In this document: positions 7,101 to 17,815 of the stretch, piece by piece
How the letters are laid out: each line of letters begins with the position of its first letter
Numbering within the stretch: position 1 is the first letter of the stretch
DNA from: Clostridiales bacterium
GTDB taxonomy: Bacteria > Bacillota > Clostridia > Christensenellales > UBA1242
Direction: 5' to 3'
Assembly (NCBI GenBank): GCA_050872745.1
Contig: JBNMHL010000002.1
Coordinates: 1 to 51,963 of the forward strand
DNA: 51,963 nucleotides
Made by a program: the position numbers and the translations under genes
The notes under the pieces: generated by a model
The model's input: the letters and a program-made list of their open reading frames with translations, nothing else
Told to the model about the DNA's origin: nothing
The model's database searches: none

Positions 7101-9167
7101 TTATTCTCCTTTGTTTAAACCATTAAAATAATCTCGAATATAATTAGGATAAGCAGAGTCTGAGTGAATAAATAAATTATGAAGTGCTCTCGAACACATA
7201 ATATATAACAGCTTTCTATCATACTCACTCACAAAGTTTTCTTCAGAAACATTGTAGCAAATAACAGCATCAAATTCCATACCTTTAGAGTTAAACGCAC
7301 TAAGTACGCAAATATTAGAATTTAAAATATCTGAACTATTTAAGATTAGTTGAATATTATTATCGCTCAATAAATCAAAGACTTCCCTAGCTTGCTTATT
7401 ATTTTTTGCAATTATCGCGATTGAATTATATTTAGATTTTAACACTTCAATAGATTTCTTTATATCAGAAATATTGTTAATTAATTTTGGATTATCACCA
7501 TTTCTTAAAACAACTGTTGTGTTCTTACTATTATTGATATAATTATAAAATGATGCAATTTGATAAGTTGGACGATAGCTCTTATTTAAACCAATGTGGC
7601 AAAAATCACCACCCATAATTTCAGAAATATTATCAAAATTATTGTGGGCTAAATTTGGAATAATAGACTGCTCTGAATCCCCCAACATAGTTTTTGTGCA
7701 TGGAAATATTTTCGAAATAATATATAGTTGCACTGCAGAATAATCTTGCAACTCATCAATAACTAAATGTTTTATCTTTGAATTTGCATTAAAACCAAAA
7801 AGTGTTGACCAAATTACGAATATTGGACTAGCATCTTCATTTTTGATTTTACCATTAATAAGTGTTAACCTTAAATTAAGAGTAGTTAGAAAATCAGAAT
7901 ATAGTTTAACGCAGTTTTTAGTTTCAAACATATTATATAACTCTTCAAAAATTTTTTGTTTAATCATTTTTATTTTTAATTGATTCGTTATATAGTATAA
8001 TTTTTCACTAACAATGTAGTCACATATAAAACAAATTCTATTAAATATGTCCAAATGTGAAAATTTGTCATAAAATAAATATTTTATGACAGAAACTTCA
8101 ATAACAATATCATTAATTGTAATACTTTTGGCAATAAATGTGTTTTGTATCGTATTGCAAAACGCTAATAATTGTTGCAAAAATTCAAATGAAAATTTAA
8201 AACTATAATCATCAATATACTTTTGTTTTGAAACTAATCTTTCCATTTGCTCAAATTTTCTTTCAAGTAAAAAATGTTTTTTTAATGGTTTTCGTATAAC
8301 ATTATCTAATTGAATTTTTTTCACATCATCTTCAGCAAGGTCAGGAAGAACAGTAGAAATATACTGCGAAAATGCATCGTTTGGCGAAATTATAACCACA
8401 TCTTCCGATGCTAGTTTATTCTTTAATTTATAAAGCAAAAATGCAATTCTATGAAGTGCTATTGCAGTTTTACCAGAACCTGCAACACCATTAACAATAA
8501 GATTTTCATATTCATTAGAACGGATTATTTCATTCTGTTCTTTTTGAATAGTTTGAACAATTGATTTCATTTGATTATTTTTTGACTCACCTAAAGCATC
8601 TTTCAATATATTATCATTAATTGTTAGATCTGAATCAAAATAATATATTAACTTCCCATCTTCAATTTTAAATTGTCTCTTATTTATTAGCTTGCAATAA
8701 GTTTTATTTTCATCAATTTTAATATAAGCATCACCTAAATCAAAGTTATAAAAAATTTCTGATATCGGAGAACGCCAGTCAATAATTCTAAATTCATTAT
8801 TTTCCATCAAAGAATGAATGCCAATATAATAATCTTCATTTTGAGGTTCATTCATATTAATTGATATTTTTGCAAAATATGGTTTATTTAACATTTGCCT
8901 AAATATCTTTATTTCCCTATCAGCTTGATTAACTGAATCAACTAAATACTCCAAATTCTGTTGAGTTTGAGATAATTCCAGCATAGTATCATCATTCATA
9001 CTATTAAGTTTCATATCCCTCATACTTTGAAGATATTCTGTGTTGCTTTCATTAAATTTATAAGAAAAAGTATTAGAGATATTTTCGTTATCTTTAATTG
9101 TTTTCTTCAATAAATTTATTGTGCTATTTAAATAATCGTTTTCAAAATTAAACTCTTTTGTATCCAT
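7101..9167 (-). CDS. helD: HelD-like UvrD/helicase IV family ATPase
   Basis: N-terminal PYFAKI...YYIG...IIDWRSPISEIFY motif, Walker A GVAGSGKTAIALHR and the DELQDYS motif. 688 aa. Confidence 0.8.
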   Translation of the reverse strand: MDTKEFNFENDYLNSTINLLKKTIKDNENISNTFSYKFNESNTEYLQSMRDMKLNSMNDDTMLELSQTQQNLEYLVDSVNQADREIKIFRQMLNKPYFAKISINMNEPQNEDYYIGIHSLMENNEFRIIDWRSPISEIFYNFDLGDAYIKIDENKTYCKLINKRQFKIEDGKLIYYFDSDLTINDNILKDALGESKNNQMKSIVQTIQKEQNEIIRSNEYENLIVNGVAGSGKTAIALHRIAFLLYKLKNKLASEDVVIISPNDAFSQYISTVLPDLAEDDVKKIQLDNVIRKPLKKHFLLERKFEQMERLVSKQKYIDDYSFKFSFEFLQQLLAFCNTIQNTFIAKSITINDIVIEVSVIKYLFYDKFSHLDIFNRICFICDYIVSEKLYYITNQLKIKMIKQKIFEELYNMFETKNCVKLYSDFLTTLNLRLTLINGKIKNEDASPIFVIWSTLFGFNANSKIKHLVIDELQDYSAVQLYIISKIFPCTKTMLGDSEQSIIPNLAHNNFDNISEIMGGDFCHIGLNKSYRPTYQIASFYNYINNSKNTTVVLRNGDNPKLINNISDIKKSIEVLKSKYNSIAIIAKNNKQAREVFDLLSDNNIQLILNSSDILNSNICVLSAFNSKGMEFDAVICYNVSEENFVSEYDRKLLYIMCSRALHNLFIHSDSAYPNYIRDYFNGLNKGE

Positions 9168-9175
9168 AAGTCATA

Positions 9176-10489
9176 TTACAAAATAAATTTCTTTAAATCA
9201 TATTTCTTAGTTGTTTCTTTAAAAGCATTATCCACATATGCTTTATCAATGTTTACTTGGCTCATTGGATGAGTACCGCAAGCATTGAACGAAATATCTT
9301 CCAATAAAATTTCAAGCAATGAGTGCAATCTTCTAGCTCCAAGATTTTCGTTAGTTTCATTTTCTTTTTCTGCCAAATCAGAAATTGTTTTTAAAGCATC
9401 ATCAGAAAAATTCAAATCAACATTATCAACTTTCAACAACTCTGAATATTGCAAAGTTAAAGCATTTTTTGGCTGAGTTAAAATTTTATAAAAGTCTTCA
9501 GAATTTAGATTCTGTAATTCAACTCTAATTGGGAATCTTCCTTGAAACTCTGGAATTAAATCTTCAATTTTACTAATGTGGAATGCACCTGCAGCTATAA
9601 ATAAAATATAATCCGTTTTTATATTACCATATTTGGTGGTAACGGTTGATCCTTCAACCAAAGGTAAAATATCTCTTTGGACACCTTCCCTACTAACATC
9701 AGGACCTTTGCCGCTGCCTTTTCCTGCAATTTTATCTATTTCATCAATAAAAATTATCCCATCTTGTTCGGCGCGTTTAATAGCTTCAGCATTAATATTG
9801 TCATTATCAATAAGTTTTTCACTTTCTTCGCTCATCATAATTTCATAAGCTTTACCAATGGTTACGCGTTTTTTCTTTCTTGATTGAGGAAAAATACTTC
9901 CAATTACACTACCAAAATCCATGTCCATTCCCATTCCAGGCATAATTCCAATTGGCTTGATTGATTCAGCAACATTGATTTCAATAGTTTCATTATCATA
10001 TTTACCAGCTCTTAAATCTTCTAAAATCTGAGCTTTCAATATTGTGTGTTCACTTTCTGGAACATCCTTTGATTTATTAGCAAAAATTGCATCAGTTAAA
10101 CGATTTTCAACCATTGTTTTAGCTTTTTGTTCAACCTCATGAATTTTTTCATCTTTGACCATTCTAACTGCAACTTCAACTAAATCCCTAATCATACTTT
10201 CACAATCTCTACCAACATATCCTACTTCAGTAAACTTGGTAGCTTCTATCTTCAAAAATGGCGCCTTAACAAGTTTTGCAAGTCTTCTTGCAATTTCTGT
10301 TTTACCAACGCCTGTTGGACCTTGCATAATAATATTTTTAGGTGTAATTTCATCTCGCAATTCTTGCGGTAACATACTTCTTCTATATCTATTTCTTAAG
10401 GCAATTGCAACTGCTCTTTTTGCATTGTTTTGACCGATTATATATTTATCTAACTCATTAACAATTTCTTTTGGTGATAAATGATTCAT
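9176..10489 (-). CDS. hslU: ATP-dependent protease ATPase subunit HslU (ClpY)
   Basis: LSPKEIVNELDKYIIGQ and GPTGVGKTEIARRLA. The ATG at 10489 has a GGAGG SD 7 nt upstream, so the earlier track start at 10507 is unlikely. Confidence 0.92.
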   Translation of the reverse strand: MNHLSPKEIVNELDKYIIGQNNAKRAVAIALRNRYRRSMLPQELRDEITPKNIIMQGPTGVGKTEIARRLAKLVKAPFLKIEATKFTEVGYVGRDCESMIRDLVEVAVRMVKDEKIHEVEQKAKTMVENRLTDAIFANKSKDVPESEHTILKAQILEDLRAGKYDNETIEINVAESIKPIGIMPGMGMDMDFGSVIGSIFPQSRKKKRVTIGKAYEIMMSEESEKLIDNDNINAEAIKRAEQDGIIFIDEIDKIAGKGSGKGPDVSREGVQRDILPLVEGSTVTTKYGNIKTDYILFIAAGAFHISKIEDLIPEFQGRFPIRVELQNLNSEDFYKILTQPKNALTLQYSELLKVDNVDLNFSDDALKTISDLAEKENETNENLGARRLHSLLEILLEDISFNACGTHPMSQVNIDKAYVDNAFKETTKKYDLKKFIL

Positions 10490-10491
10490 AA

Positions 10492-11028
10492 TTAAACCTC
10501 CTCGCAAGTGATATGATCATTTGTGTAAACACAAATTTCACTAGCCATTTTAATGCTTTTGATAGCAATATCCTTTGCGGACATATCTGTGTTTTCAAGC
10601 AAAGCTCTACCACAAGCAAATGCATAATTTCCACCGCTTCCAATAGCGATAACATCCTTCTCAGGTTCAATAACTTCACCTGTTCCTGATATTAGCAAAA
10701 TTTGAGATGAATCAGCAACAAGCATCATAGCTTCTAATTTCCTTAGATATTTATCATCTCTAAAACCAATTGCTAATTCAACTGCACTTCTCATTAGATT
10801 TCCACTAAATTTTTGTAATAATTCCTCAAATCTAGCAGACAACGCAAAAGCATCAGAAACAGAACCAGCAAACCCAATAATAACTCTATCATTAAATATT
10901 CTTCTAACTTTAACTGCATTGCCTTTCATAACAACATGTTCACCAAATGTTACTTGACCATCACCAGCAATCGCAGTTTTACCATCTCTTTTAACAGCAA
11001 CAATAGTTGTTCCTCTAAATTGTTCCAT
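10492..11028 (-). CDS. hslV: ATP-dependent protease subunit HslV (ClpQ)
   Basis: The N-terminus reads GTTIVAVKRDGKTAIAGDGQVT. 178 aa. Confidence 0.92.
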   Translation of the reverse strand: MEQFRGTTIVAVKRDGKTAIAGDGQVTFGEHVVMKGNAVKVRRIFNDRVIIGFAGSVSDAFALSARFEELLQKFSGNLMRSAVELAIGFRDDKYLRKLEAMMLVADSSQILLISGTGEVIEPEKDVIAIGSGGNYAFACGRALLENTDMSAKDIAIKSIKMASEICVYTNDHITCEEV

Positions 11029-11057
11029 AAAATTCTCCTTTAAATCAATTTTTGGTA

Positions 11058-12401
11058 CTAAATTAAATCATAATCTGTTATAATTTTTTTTAAATCATTA
11101 ATAGCCTTGAAACTTAAAACTTTATTCTTTTCTTTCTTATCTTTTATATTGATTCCATCTATATTAATCAAACCCATATTTGCACTCATTGGTTGAAAGT
11201 TTTCAGGTGTTGCATGAGATATAAATCTAGCAAGTGCGCCTATCATTGTCCTTTCACTAAATTCAATCATATTTTCACCAATTAATTTTCGATACATATT
11301 TAAACCAGCAATCAATCCACTAGAAATACTCTCAATATAGCCCTCAACACCACTTAATTGACCAGCAATAAAAATATTTTCATAAGATTTCATTTGATAA
11401 TATTCATTTAAGCAAGTTGGAGCATTAACATAAGAATTTTTATGCATAGTTCCATATCTTAAAAAATCTATATTTTTAAGTCCAGGTATCATTGAAAACA
11501 CTTCTTTTTGAGCAGGAAATGTTAAATTTGTTTGAAAGCCAACAATATTAAACATATCGTTTTTATTTGTTTCTTTTCTTAATTGAACAACAGCGTATGG
11601 TTTTTTCCCTTCTTTATCAGCAAGTCCAACTGGCTTCAGTGGGCCAAAACGCATAGTATCAAATCCACGTTTTGCTAAAACCTCAATTGGCATACAACCT
11701 TCAAAAACTTTATTGTTTTCAAAATCATGTAATTTTACTGTTTCAGCATTAACAAGAGCGTTATAGAAATTCGTGTACTCTTCTTTATTCATAGGGCAAT
11801 TAATGTAATCACCATTTCCCTTATTATATCTATCTTGAATAAACGCTATTTTGAAATCAATAGAAGCTTTAGATATAATTGGTGCTATTGCATCAAAAAA
11901 GTAATAATATTCTTTACCTATAAGATTTTGAATACTTTTTGATAAATCATCAGATGTTAATGGGCCTGTCGCGATAATTGTTGGAACGTTAGAATCAATT
12001 TGTGTTACTTCTTCGCTAATAATTTTTAAATTTTTAAATTTCTTAAGTTCTTTAGTTACAGATTCGCTAAATTTAACCCTATCAACAGCAAGTGCAGAAC
12101 CAGCAGGCACAGATACTTTATCGGCAACTTTTATAAGAAGTGAATCAAGCAGTCTCATTTCCTCTTTAAGCAGTCCACCAGCTGTGATAGGATCATTACT
12201 TTTTAAACTATTTGAACAAACCAATTCAGCATACGAATTAAGTTTGTGTGCTGGCGAATGTTTAATTGGTTTCATTTCATACAAAGTTACATTAACGCCA
12301 CGCTTCAATAGTTGATATGCTGCTTCGCACCCAGCAAGGCCAGCACCTATTATGTTAACATTCAAATTACTCAACTGATTCTTCAGTGCTTTTTTCATCA
12401 T
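11058..12401 (-). CDS. trmFO: Methylenetetrahydrofolate--tRNA-(uracil-5-)-methyltransferase TrmFO (Gid)
   Basis: FAD-binding VNIIGAGLAGCEAA, 447 aa, in the conserved position after topA. The start is uncertain because it overlaps the end of topA. Confidence 0.88.
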   Translation of the reverse strand: MMKKALKNQLSNLNVNIIGAGLAGCEAAYQLLKRGVNVTLYEMKPIKHSPAHKLNSYAELVCSNSLKSNDPITAGGLLKEEMRLLDSLLIKVADKVSVPAGSALAVDRVKFSESVTKELKKFKNLKIISEEVTQIDSNVPTIIATGPLTSDDLSKSIQNLIGKEYYYFFDAIAPIISKASIDFKIAFIQDRYNKGNGDYINCPMNKEEYTNFYNALVNAETVKLHDFENNKVFEGCMPIEVLAKRGFDTMRFGPLKPVGLADKEGKKPYAVVQLRKETNKNDMFNIVGFQTNLTFPAQKEVFSMIPGLKNIDFLRYGTMHKNSYVNAPTCLNEYYQMKSYENIFIAGQLSGVEGYIESISSGLIAGLNMYRKLIGENMIEFSERTMIGALARFISHATPENFQPMSANMGLINIDGINIKDKKEKNKVLSFKAINDLKKIITDYDLI

Positions 12402-14514
12402 TCTTAACCTTTTTCTCTATTAGTGTGTAGTCACATTTTTCATTACTACATTTATATCTTGTGTTATTATAAAAATCTTTTTTAGTTAAATAAGCTCCAC
12501 ATTTAGGACATTTTTCACTAGTAGGTTGTTCCCAAGATGCAAAACCACATTTTGGATAATTTTCACAGCCATAAAATATCTTTCCCTTTTTTGATTTTTT
12601 TTCAAAAATCTTACCGCCACATTTAGGGCAAGTGCCAACACTATCCTTTGCTATATTTTGTATATTCTTACATTGAGGATAGTTTGAACATGCCATAAAT
12701 TCACCAAATCTGCCAGTTCTAATAACCATTGGGTGACCACATTTTTCGCAGATGAATTCGGTTGGTTTTGGTGGTTCTTTAAACGTTGCACTGTCTTTAT
12801 CTGCAATCAATAGTCTTTTCATAAACTTTGCATAAAATCCAGCAACAATGTCTTGCCAAGCACGACCAGAATTAGCCACTTCATCAAGCAAATCTTCCAT
12901 CATAGCAGTAAACTTAACATCAATAATATTATCAAAGTATTTGTTTAATAAATCACTAACTTTAAATGCAAGTTCTGTTGGTTTTAAAAACTTACCTTCT
13001 TTTTCGGTATATTTACGATTAGACAAAACCATTATTGTTGGAGTGTATGTTGCCGGACGACCTATCCCCTTACTTTCCATTTCTTTAACCAATGTTGCTT
13101 CAGTAAATCTTGGAAGTGGCTTCGTAAATTTCTGAGCAGGTAGCAATTCATTAAGATTTAAAACATCACCTTCATTCAACTCTGGAAGATTTGAATTTTC
13201 ACTTTCATCTTCCTCTTCATCATTTTCTTCTTTCTCTTTTTGTTTAGCTGTTAATGATCTATACACAGCATTAAAGCCATCAAACACAGGTGTTTTACCT
13301 GTTGAATGAAAAGTATATTCTCCATTTTGAATATCTGCAGTGATAGTATCAAACGTTGCTTCAGCCATTTGGCTAGCAAGAAATTTTTTATATATCATGT
13401 TATATAGTTTATAATTATCTGGAGTTAAATACTGCTTAACTGATTCAGGAGTTCTATCAAGTGAAATTGGTCTTATAGCTTCATGGGCATCTTGAGCAGA
13501 TTTTTTTACTTTATATATATTAGGTGTTTTGGGAACATACGCATTACCATAATTTGCTTCAATATAATCTTTTGCCATTTTCATTGCTTCTGGCGAAACT
13601 CTAACAGAGTCTGTTCTGATATAAGTGATTAAAGCGGTTTTTCCTTCATTTCCAATAGAAACATCCTCATATAATTCTTGTGCACACATACTTGCTTTTT
13701 TAAGATTCATTCCAAGTTTATTCAAGGCATCTTGTTGCATAGTACTAGTGGTGTATGGAGCAGATGGATGAACTTTTGTTAATGATTTTTTAACTGAAGA
13801 AACAATAAACTTATTTTGCTTTAAATCATCTAAAACTTTGTCCATCTCTTCTTTATTATGAATTTCAACTTTTTTATTTTTAAACTTAATTAAGCTTGAT
13901 TTAAATAAATCCTTTATTGAGTTTTTAAAAAGTTTAGCAACTAGTGTCCAATACTCTTCCTTAACGAAATTGTTAATTTCTCTTTCTCTATCAACAATCA
14001 TCTTCAAGGCAACACTTTGAACTCTGCCAGCGCTTAAATTTGGTTGAATCTTTTTGCAAAGCACTGGTGATAATTTATAACCCAATAACCTATCAAGAAC
14101 TCTTCTTGCTTGTTGAGCGTTTACTAAGTTTATATTTATTCCTCTTGGATTTTTAACAGCGTTTGTTACGGCATTTTTACTAATTTCGTTAAATTCAATT
14201 CTTATTGGATCATCAGGATTCAAATTTAAAACATACGCCAAATGCCAACTAATTGATTCACCTTCTCTATCAGGGTCGGTTGCAAGGTATATATGCTCAG
14301 CTTTAGCACTTTTAGCCTTTAGTTTTTTAACAATATCTTCTTTATCAGGCATTATAACATACTGAGGTTTAAAATTATCATTAACATTAACACCTAAAGA
14401 TTTTTCAGGCAAATCGCGAATATGACCTTTTGTTGCAACAACTTCAAAGTTGCTTCCGAGGTATTTTTTTATAGTGTCTTGTTTACCAACACCCTCTATT
14501 ATAACTAAATTCAT
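12367..14514 (-). CDS. topA: DNA topoisomerase I
   Basis: TOPRIM domain (LVIIEG...ATDPDREGE), the catalytic Tyr region and C-terminal C4 zinc ribbons. 715 aa. Confidence 0.95.
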   Translation of the reverse strand: MNLVIIEGVGKQDTIKKYLGSNFEVVATKGHIRDLPEKSLGVNVNDNFKPQYVIMPDKEDIVKKLKAKSAKAEHIYLATDPDREGESISWHLAYVLNLNPDDPIRIEFNEISKNAVTNAVKNPRGININLVNAQQARRVLDRLLGYKLSPVLCKKIQPNLSAGRVQSVALKMIVDREREINNFVKEEYWTLVAKLFKNSIKDLFKSSLIKFKNKKVEIHNKEEMDKVLDDLKQNKFIVSSVKKSLTKVHPSAPYTTSTMQQDALNKLGMNLKKASMCAQELYEDVSIGNEGKTALITYIRTDSVRVSPEAMKMAKDYIEANYGNAYVPKTPNIYKVKKSAQDAHEAIRPISLDRTPESVKQYLTPDNYKLYNMIYKKFLASQMAEATFDTITADIQNGEYTFHSTGKTPVFDGFNAVYRSLTAKQKEKEENDEEEDESENSNLPELNEGDVLNLNELLPAQKFTKPLPRFTEATLVKEMESKGIGRPATYTPTIMVLSNRKYTEKEGKFLKPTELAFKVSDLLNKYFDNIIDVKFTAMMEDLLDEVANSGRAWQDIVAGFYAKFMKRLLIADKDSATFKEPPKPTEFICEKCGHPMVIRTGRFGEFMACSNYPQCKNIQNIAKDSVGTCPKCGGKIFEKKSKKGKIFYGCENYPKCGFASWEQPTSEKCPKCGAYLTKKDFYNNTRYKCSNEKCDYTLIEKKVKNDEKSTEESVE

Positions 14515-14515
14515 A

Positions 14516-15622
14516 CTATCTCCTTACTTTGCTATAAATATTACCTGGTAATTTTTTTATTAAATCTTTTAATTCTAATTGCATCAAAGTTGTGTTTAAA
14601 ATTTTAGACTCAAGCATTGATTGGGTTAACAACTCTTGATAATGTAAATCATTATTTAAAAGCAAATTAAATACTAACTGCTCATTGATTGACAACTGCA
14701 AACATTTAACCATTCCCGTTTCTCTTTTCAAAATTTTATCATATATTTTTAACACATCATCAACACTTGTTAAAATATTAGCTTGGCAATCCTTAATAAT
14801 TTGGTTACAGCCTAAACTATAAATATCATTTAATCTTCCTGGAACAGCAAACACTTCCCTATTGCACTCCATTGCAAAATCTTTTGTGATTAATGCACCA
14901 CTTTTTAAGGGTGCTTCAGTTACAATTAAAGCTTTACTTAATCCAGCAATTATTCTATTTCTCATTGGAAAGTGAAATGTTTGTGGTTTTTCGTTTGGCT
15001 GGAATTCAGAAACAAGAAGCCCGCCTTTTTCAACAATTGCATTTGATAAATCAAGATTATTTGCAGGATAAATATAATTAAAACCACTACCCAAAACAGC
15101 GATTGTTGGGTTATTCAAGTCAACTGCAGATTTATGTGAAATAGTATCAACACCATCTGCTAAACCACTCACAATAGTTAATCCAGAATTTGAAAGCTGA
15201 GTTGCAATTTTCGCAGTTATTTCTTTGCCATATTTTGTGCACCTTCTTGTTCCAACAATGCTAACACATGCGGATTTTAATATTCTCACATCTCCCTTGC
15301 AGTATATAACAATTGGCGGAGTTGATATTTCTTTAAGCATTTCAGGATATTCTTCACTATAAATTGTTAAGACTTTGATATTTTGGTTGTCTAAATTACG
15401 TAAATAGTTTTTCAAAATATTTTCATCAAGACTCATAACCAATTTATTATAACTATTTTCATCTACTAAACGCATTAAATTTGATAAGAAATATTCATCT
15501 TTATTAAAAATATTTTCATAATCAGACAATTCATTTAAAATTATGTGCTGTTTTTTATTTGTTAAACTTGTACAAAGACTTAACCAAAACGCAAACAGCT
15601 CTTTGTTTGATAAATTTTGCAT
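14516..15622 (-). CDS. dprA: DNA processing protein DprA (Smf)
   Basis: The Rossmann core reads SIVGTRRCTKYG...SGLADGVDT. The ATG at 15622 has a GGGAG SD and overlaps the comM stop as TAATG; the track start at 15634 is a TTG. Confidence 0.88.
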   Translation of the reverse strand: MQNLSNKELFAFWLSLCTSLTNKKQHIILNELSDYENIFNKDEYFLSNLMRLVDENSYNKLVMSLDENILKNYLRNLDNQNIKVLTIYSEEYPEMLKEISTPPIVIYCKGDVRILKSACVSIVGTRRCTKYGKEITAKIATQLSNSGLTIVSGLADGVDTISHKSAVDLNNPTIAVLGSGFNYIYPANNLDLSNAIVEKGGLLVSEFQPNEKPQTFHFPMRNRIIAGLSKALIVTEAPLKSGALITKDFAMECNREVFAVPGRLNDIYSLGCNQIIKDCQANILTSVDDVLKIYDKILKRETGMVKCLQLSINEQLVFNLLLNNDLHYQELLTQSMLESKILNTTLMQLELKDLIKKLPGNIYSKVRR

Positions 15623-17157
15623 TAATACTCCCAATATTTATTATCTAAAGACCTATAAGAAATTGCTTCCATTAGGTGATCTAATTGTATATTTTCAGAA
15701 TTATCCAAATCGGCGATTGTTCTTGCCACTTTCAAAATTCTATTATATGCTCTTGCAGATAAATGAAGCTTTTTAAATGCCGATTCCAAAATAGCGCTAC
15801 TTTGGTCATCAATTTTACAATACTTTTTTAATTCTTGGTCATTCATTTTTGCATTGCAGACATTATCAGAATTCTTAAATCTCTCAATTTGAATTTCTCT
15901 AGCCTTATCAACCCTTGCTTTAATATCGGAGCTAGGCTCAGATAGAGTTTCATCACGTAGATCATTGTATTTAACATTATCAACTTCAATATGCATATCA
16001 ATTCTATCCATAATAGGTCCAGATAACTTATTTAAATATTTATGTATTTGTTGTGGTGTGCACTTGCACTCTTTTTCGCTACTACCATAATTTCCACATG
16101 GGCAAGGATTCATACTTGCAATTAGTGTGAAACTAGCTGGATATTCAACAGTGCTTTCAACACGGGAAATTGTAATTGTGCCATCTTCTAATGGTTGACG
16201 CAAAGTTTCTATGCTATTCCTAGAGTATTCAGGCATCTCATCTAGAAACAAAACACCTGTGTGTGCAAGGCTAATTTCACCCGGTTTTGCTAGCCTACCC
16301 CCGCCAGTTAATGCGAGTGTGGTTGATGTGTGGTGAGGCGACCTAAATGGTCTTGTGGTTATTATTCCTTCATTCATATCAAGAACACCTGCAATACTAT
16401 GAATTTTCGTTACTTCCAAGGCTTCTGCAAATGTTAGATCTGATAAAATAGTTGGGAATGCTTTGGCAAGCATAGTTTTGCCAGAGCCTGGAGGACCTAT
16501 CATCAAAACATTATGACCACCTGCTGCAGCAATTTCCAATGCTCTCTTTGCGTTTTCTTGACCTTTAATATATTTAAAATCCGTATGATATTTTTTACTA
16601 TTTTTAACCGTTGAGAAATCATTAAGTTTTATAGGCTCGATTGTAATATTTCCATTTAGAAAACTCACAACTTCACTTAAACATGATGCAGGATAAACTT
16701 CCAAACCTTCAATAAAACTAGCCTCTTTTTCATTATCTTTTGGTAATATTATTTTCTTAAAACCAAGCTGCCTTGCACTTATTAAAATCGGCAACACACC
16801 ATTGACTTTTTTTAAATCACCATTAAGCCCAAGTTCTCCAATCATAAGATATCTTTGAGCTGATGCTATATTAACTTGCTCGCTGGCTGATAAAATTCCA
16901 ATTGCTATTGGCAAATCATAAAGAGGACCTTCTTTTTTAGTATCTGCAGGTGCTAGGTTAATTGTTATTTTCAAAATTGGATACTTAAAACCACTATTTT
17001 TTATAGCGCTTCTTACTCTTTCTTTACTTTCTTTTGTTGATGTTCCAACAAGCCCTACCAAATCGTAGTTTGGCAGACCTTGATTAAGATCCACTTCAAC
17101 ATTAACCAAATAGCCATTAATACCAGTTAACCCAAAACTTTTAATTATTGATAACAT
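15622..17157 (-). CDS. comM: Mg-chelatase-like ATPase YifB/ComM
   Basis: Lon-like N-terminal domain, Walker A GPPGSGKTM and Walker B LFLDEM. 511 aa. Confidence 0.9.
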   Translation of the reverse strand: MLSIIKSFGLTGINGYLVNVEVDLNQGLPNYDLVGLVGTSTKESKERVRSAIKNSGFKYPILKITINLAPADTKKEGPLYDLPIAIGILSASEQVNIASAQRYLMIGELGLNGDLKKVNGVLPILISARQLGFKKIILPKDNEKEASFIEGLEVYPASCLSEVVSFLNGNITIEPIKLNDFSTVKNSKKYHTDFKYIKGQENAKRALEIAAAGGHNVLMIGPPGSGKTMLAKAFPTILSDLTFAEALEVTKIHSIAGVLDMNEGIITTRPFRSPHHTSTTLALTGGGRLAKPGEISLAHTGVLFLDEMPEYSRNSIETLRQPLEDGTITISRVESTVEYPASFTLIASMNPCPCGNYGSSEKECKCTPQQIHKYLNKLSGPIMDRIDMHIEVDNVKYNDLRDETLSEPSSDIKARVDKAREIQIERFKNSDNVCNAKMNDQELKKYCKIDDQSSAILESAFKKLHLSARAYNRILKVARTIADLDNSENIQLDHLMEAISYRSLDNKYWEY

Positions 17158-17264
17158 AATAACCTCTCAATTAACCTATCTTACTATTATACAATTATTA
17201 TGATATTAAAACAAGCAATTAAATTATTTAAATATATAAATTTGTTCAATAATCATATTGCAAT

Positions 17265-17292
17265 AAAAAACCACTAGCTATAAAGCTAATGG
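17265..17292 (-). terminator. Intrinsic terminator after rplS
   Basis: CCACTAGC/GCTAATGG stem (one mismatch) at 17271-17292, with a U-run on the minus strand (A-run 17265-17270). Confidence 0.55.
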
Positions 17293-17302
17293 TTGAAAAT
17301 TA

Positions 17303-17644
17303 CTAAATTCTTTCTTTAATTTTTGCAGCTTTACCAGTAAGATTTCTTAAATAATATAATTTAGCTCTTCTTACTTTACCTTTCTTAACTACTTCAATTT
17401 TATCAATTCTTGGTGAGTTTAATTGGAATATTTTTTCAACCCCAACACCGAAAGATATTCTTCTAACCGTGAATGTTTCCCTAACGCTAGAATTTTTTCT
17501 TGCTATAACAACACCTTCAAAAACTTGGATTCTTTCTCTAGTTCCTTCTACGATCTTGTTATATACTTTAACGGTGTCACCAACATTAAATTCAGGTAGT
17601 TCAGGTTTAACATTTTCTCTTTCTAATGCCTCAATTAATGTCAT
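17303..17644 (-). CDS. rplS: 50S ribosomal protein L19
   Basis: 113 aa with the motifs [20 protein letters not shown] and RRAKLYYLR. Confidence 0.95.
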   Translation of the reverse strand: MTLIEALERENVKPELPEFNVGDTVKVYNKIVEGTRERIQVFEGVVIARKNSSVRETFTVRRISFGVGVEKIFQLNSPRIDKIEVVKKGKVRRAKLYYLRNLTGKAAKIKERI

Positions 17645-17720
17645 TTGACTTTACCTCCTTAATATACTTGTTGTTCATGTTTTTATGATAAAAGCAGAGG
17701 ACCAACCGAAGTCACATTAA

Positions 17721-17749
17721 ATCTTATCATATAATATCACAAATTACAA
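17721..17749 (-). promoter_or_regulatory. Sigma-A-type promoter for rplS (TTGTAA, 17-nt spacer, TGaTAAGAT), followed by a roughly 70-nt leader
   Basis: The -35 is at 17744-17749, the extended -10 at 17721-17729. The leader contains GUGACUUCGGUUGGUCCUCUGC, which might be an L19 autoregulatory leader. That identification is unverified. Confidence 0.4.
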
Positions 17750-17815
17750 GTGTTTTTGTAAAATAATCTCTAAAATTGAACAAAAAAATAAAGAGATCAT
17801 ATTCAAAAATATTCA

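Noticed and set aside
10458-10679. Same-strand alternative-frame ORFs: 10458-10679, 39095-39313, 45649-45849 and 47398-47655.
   Set aside because: They lie embedded out of frame in hslV/hslU, the LTA-synthase gene and the parC-like gene. They have no independent signals.
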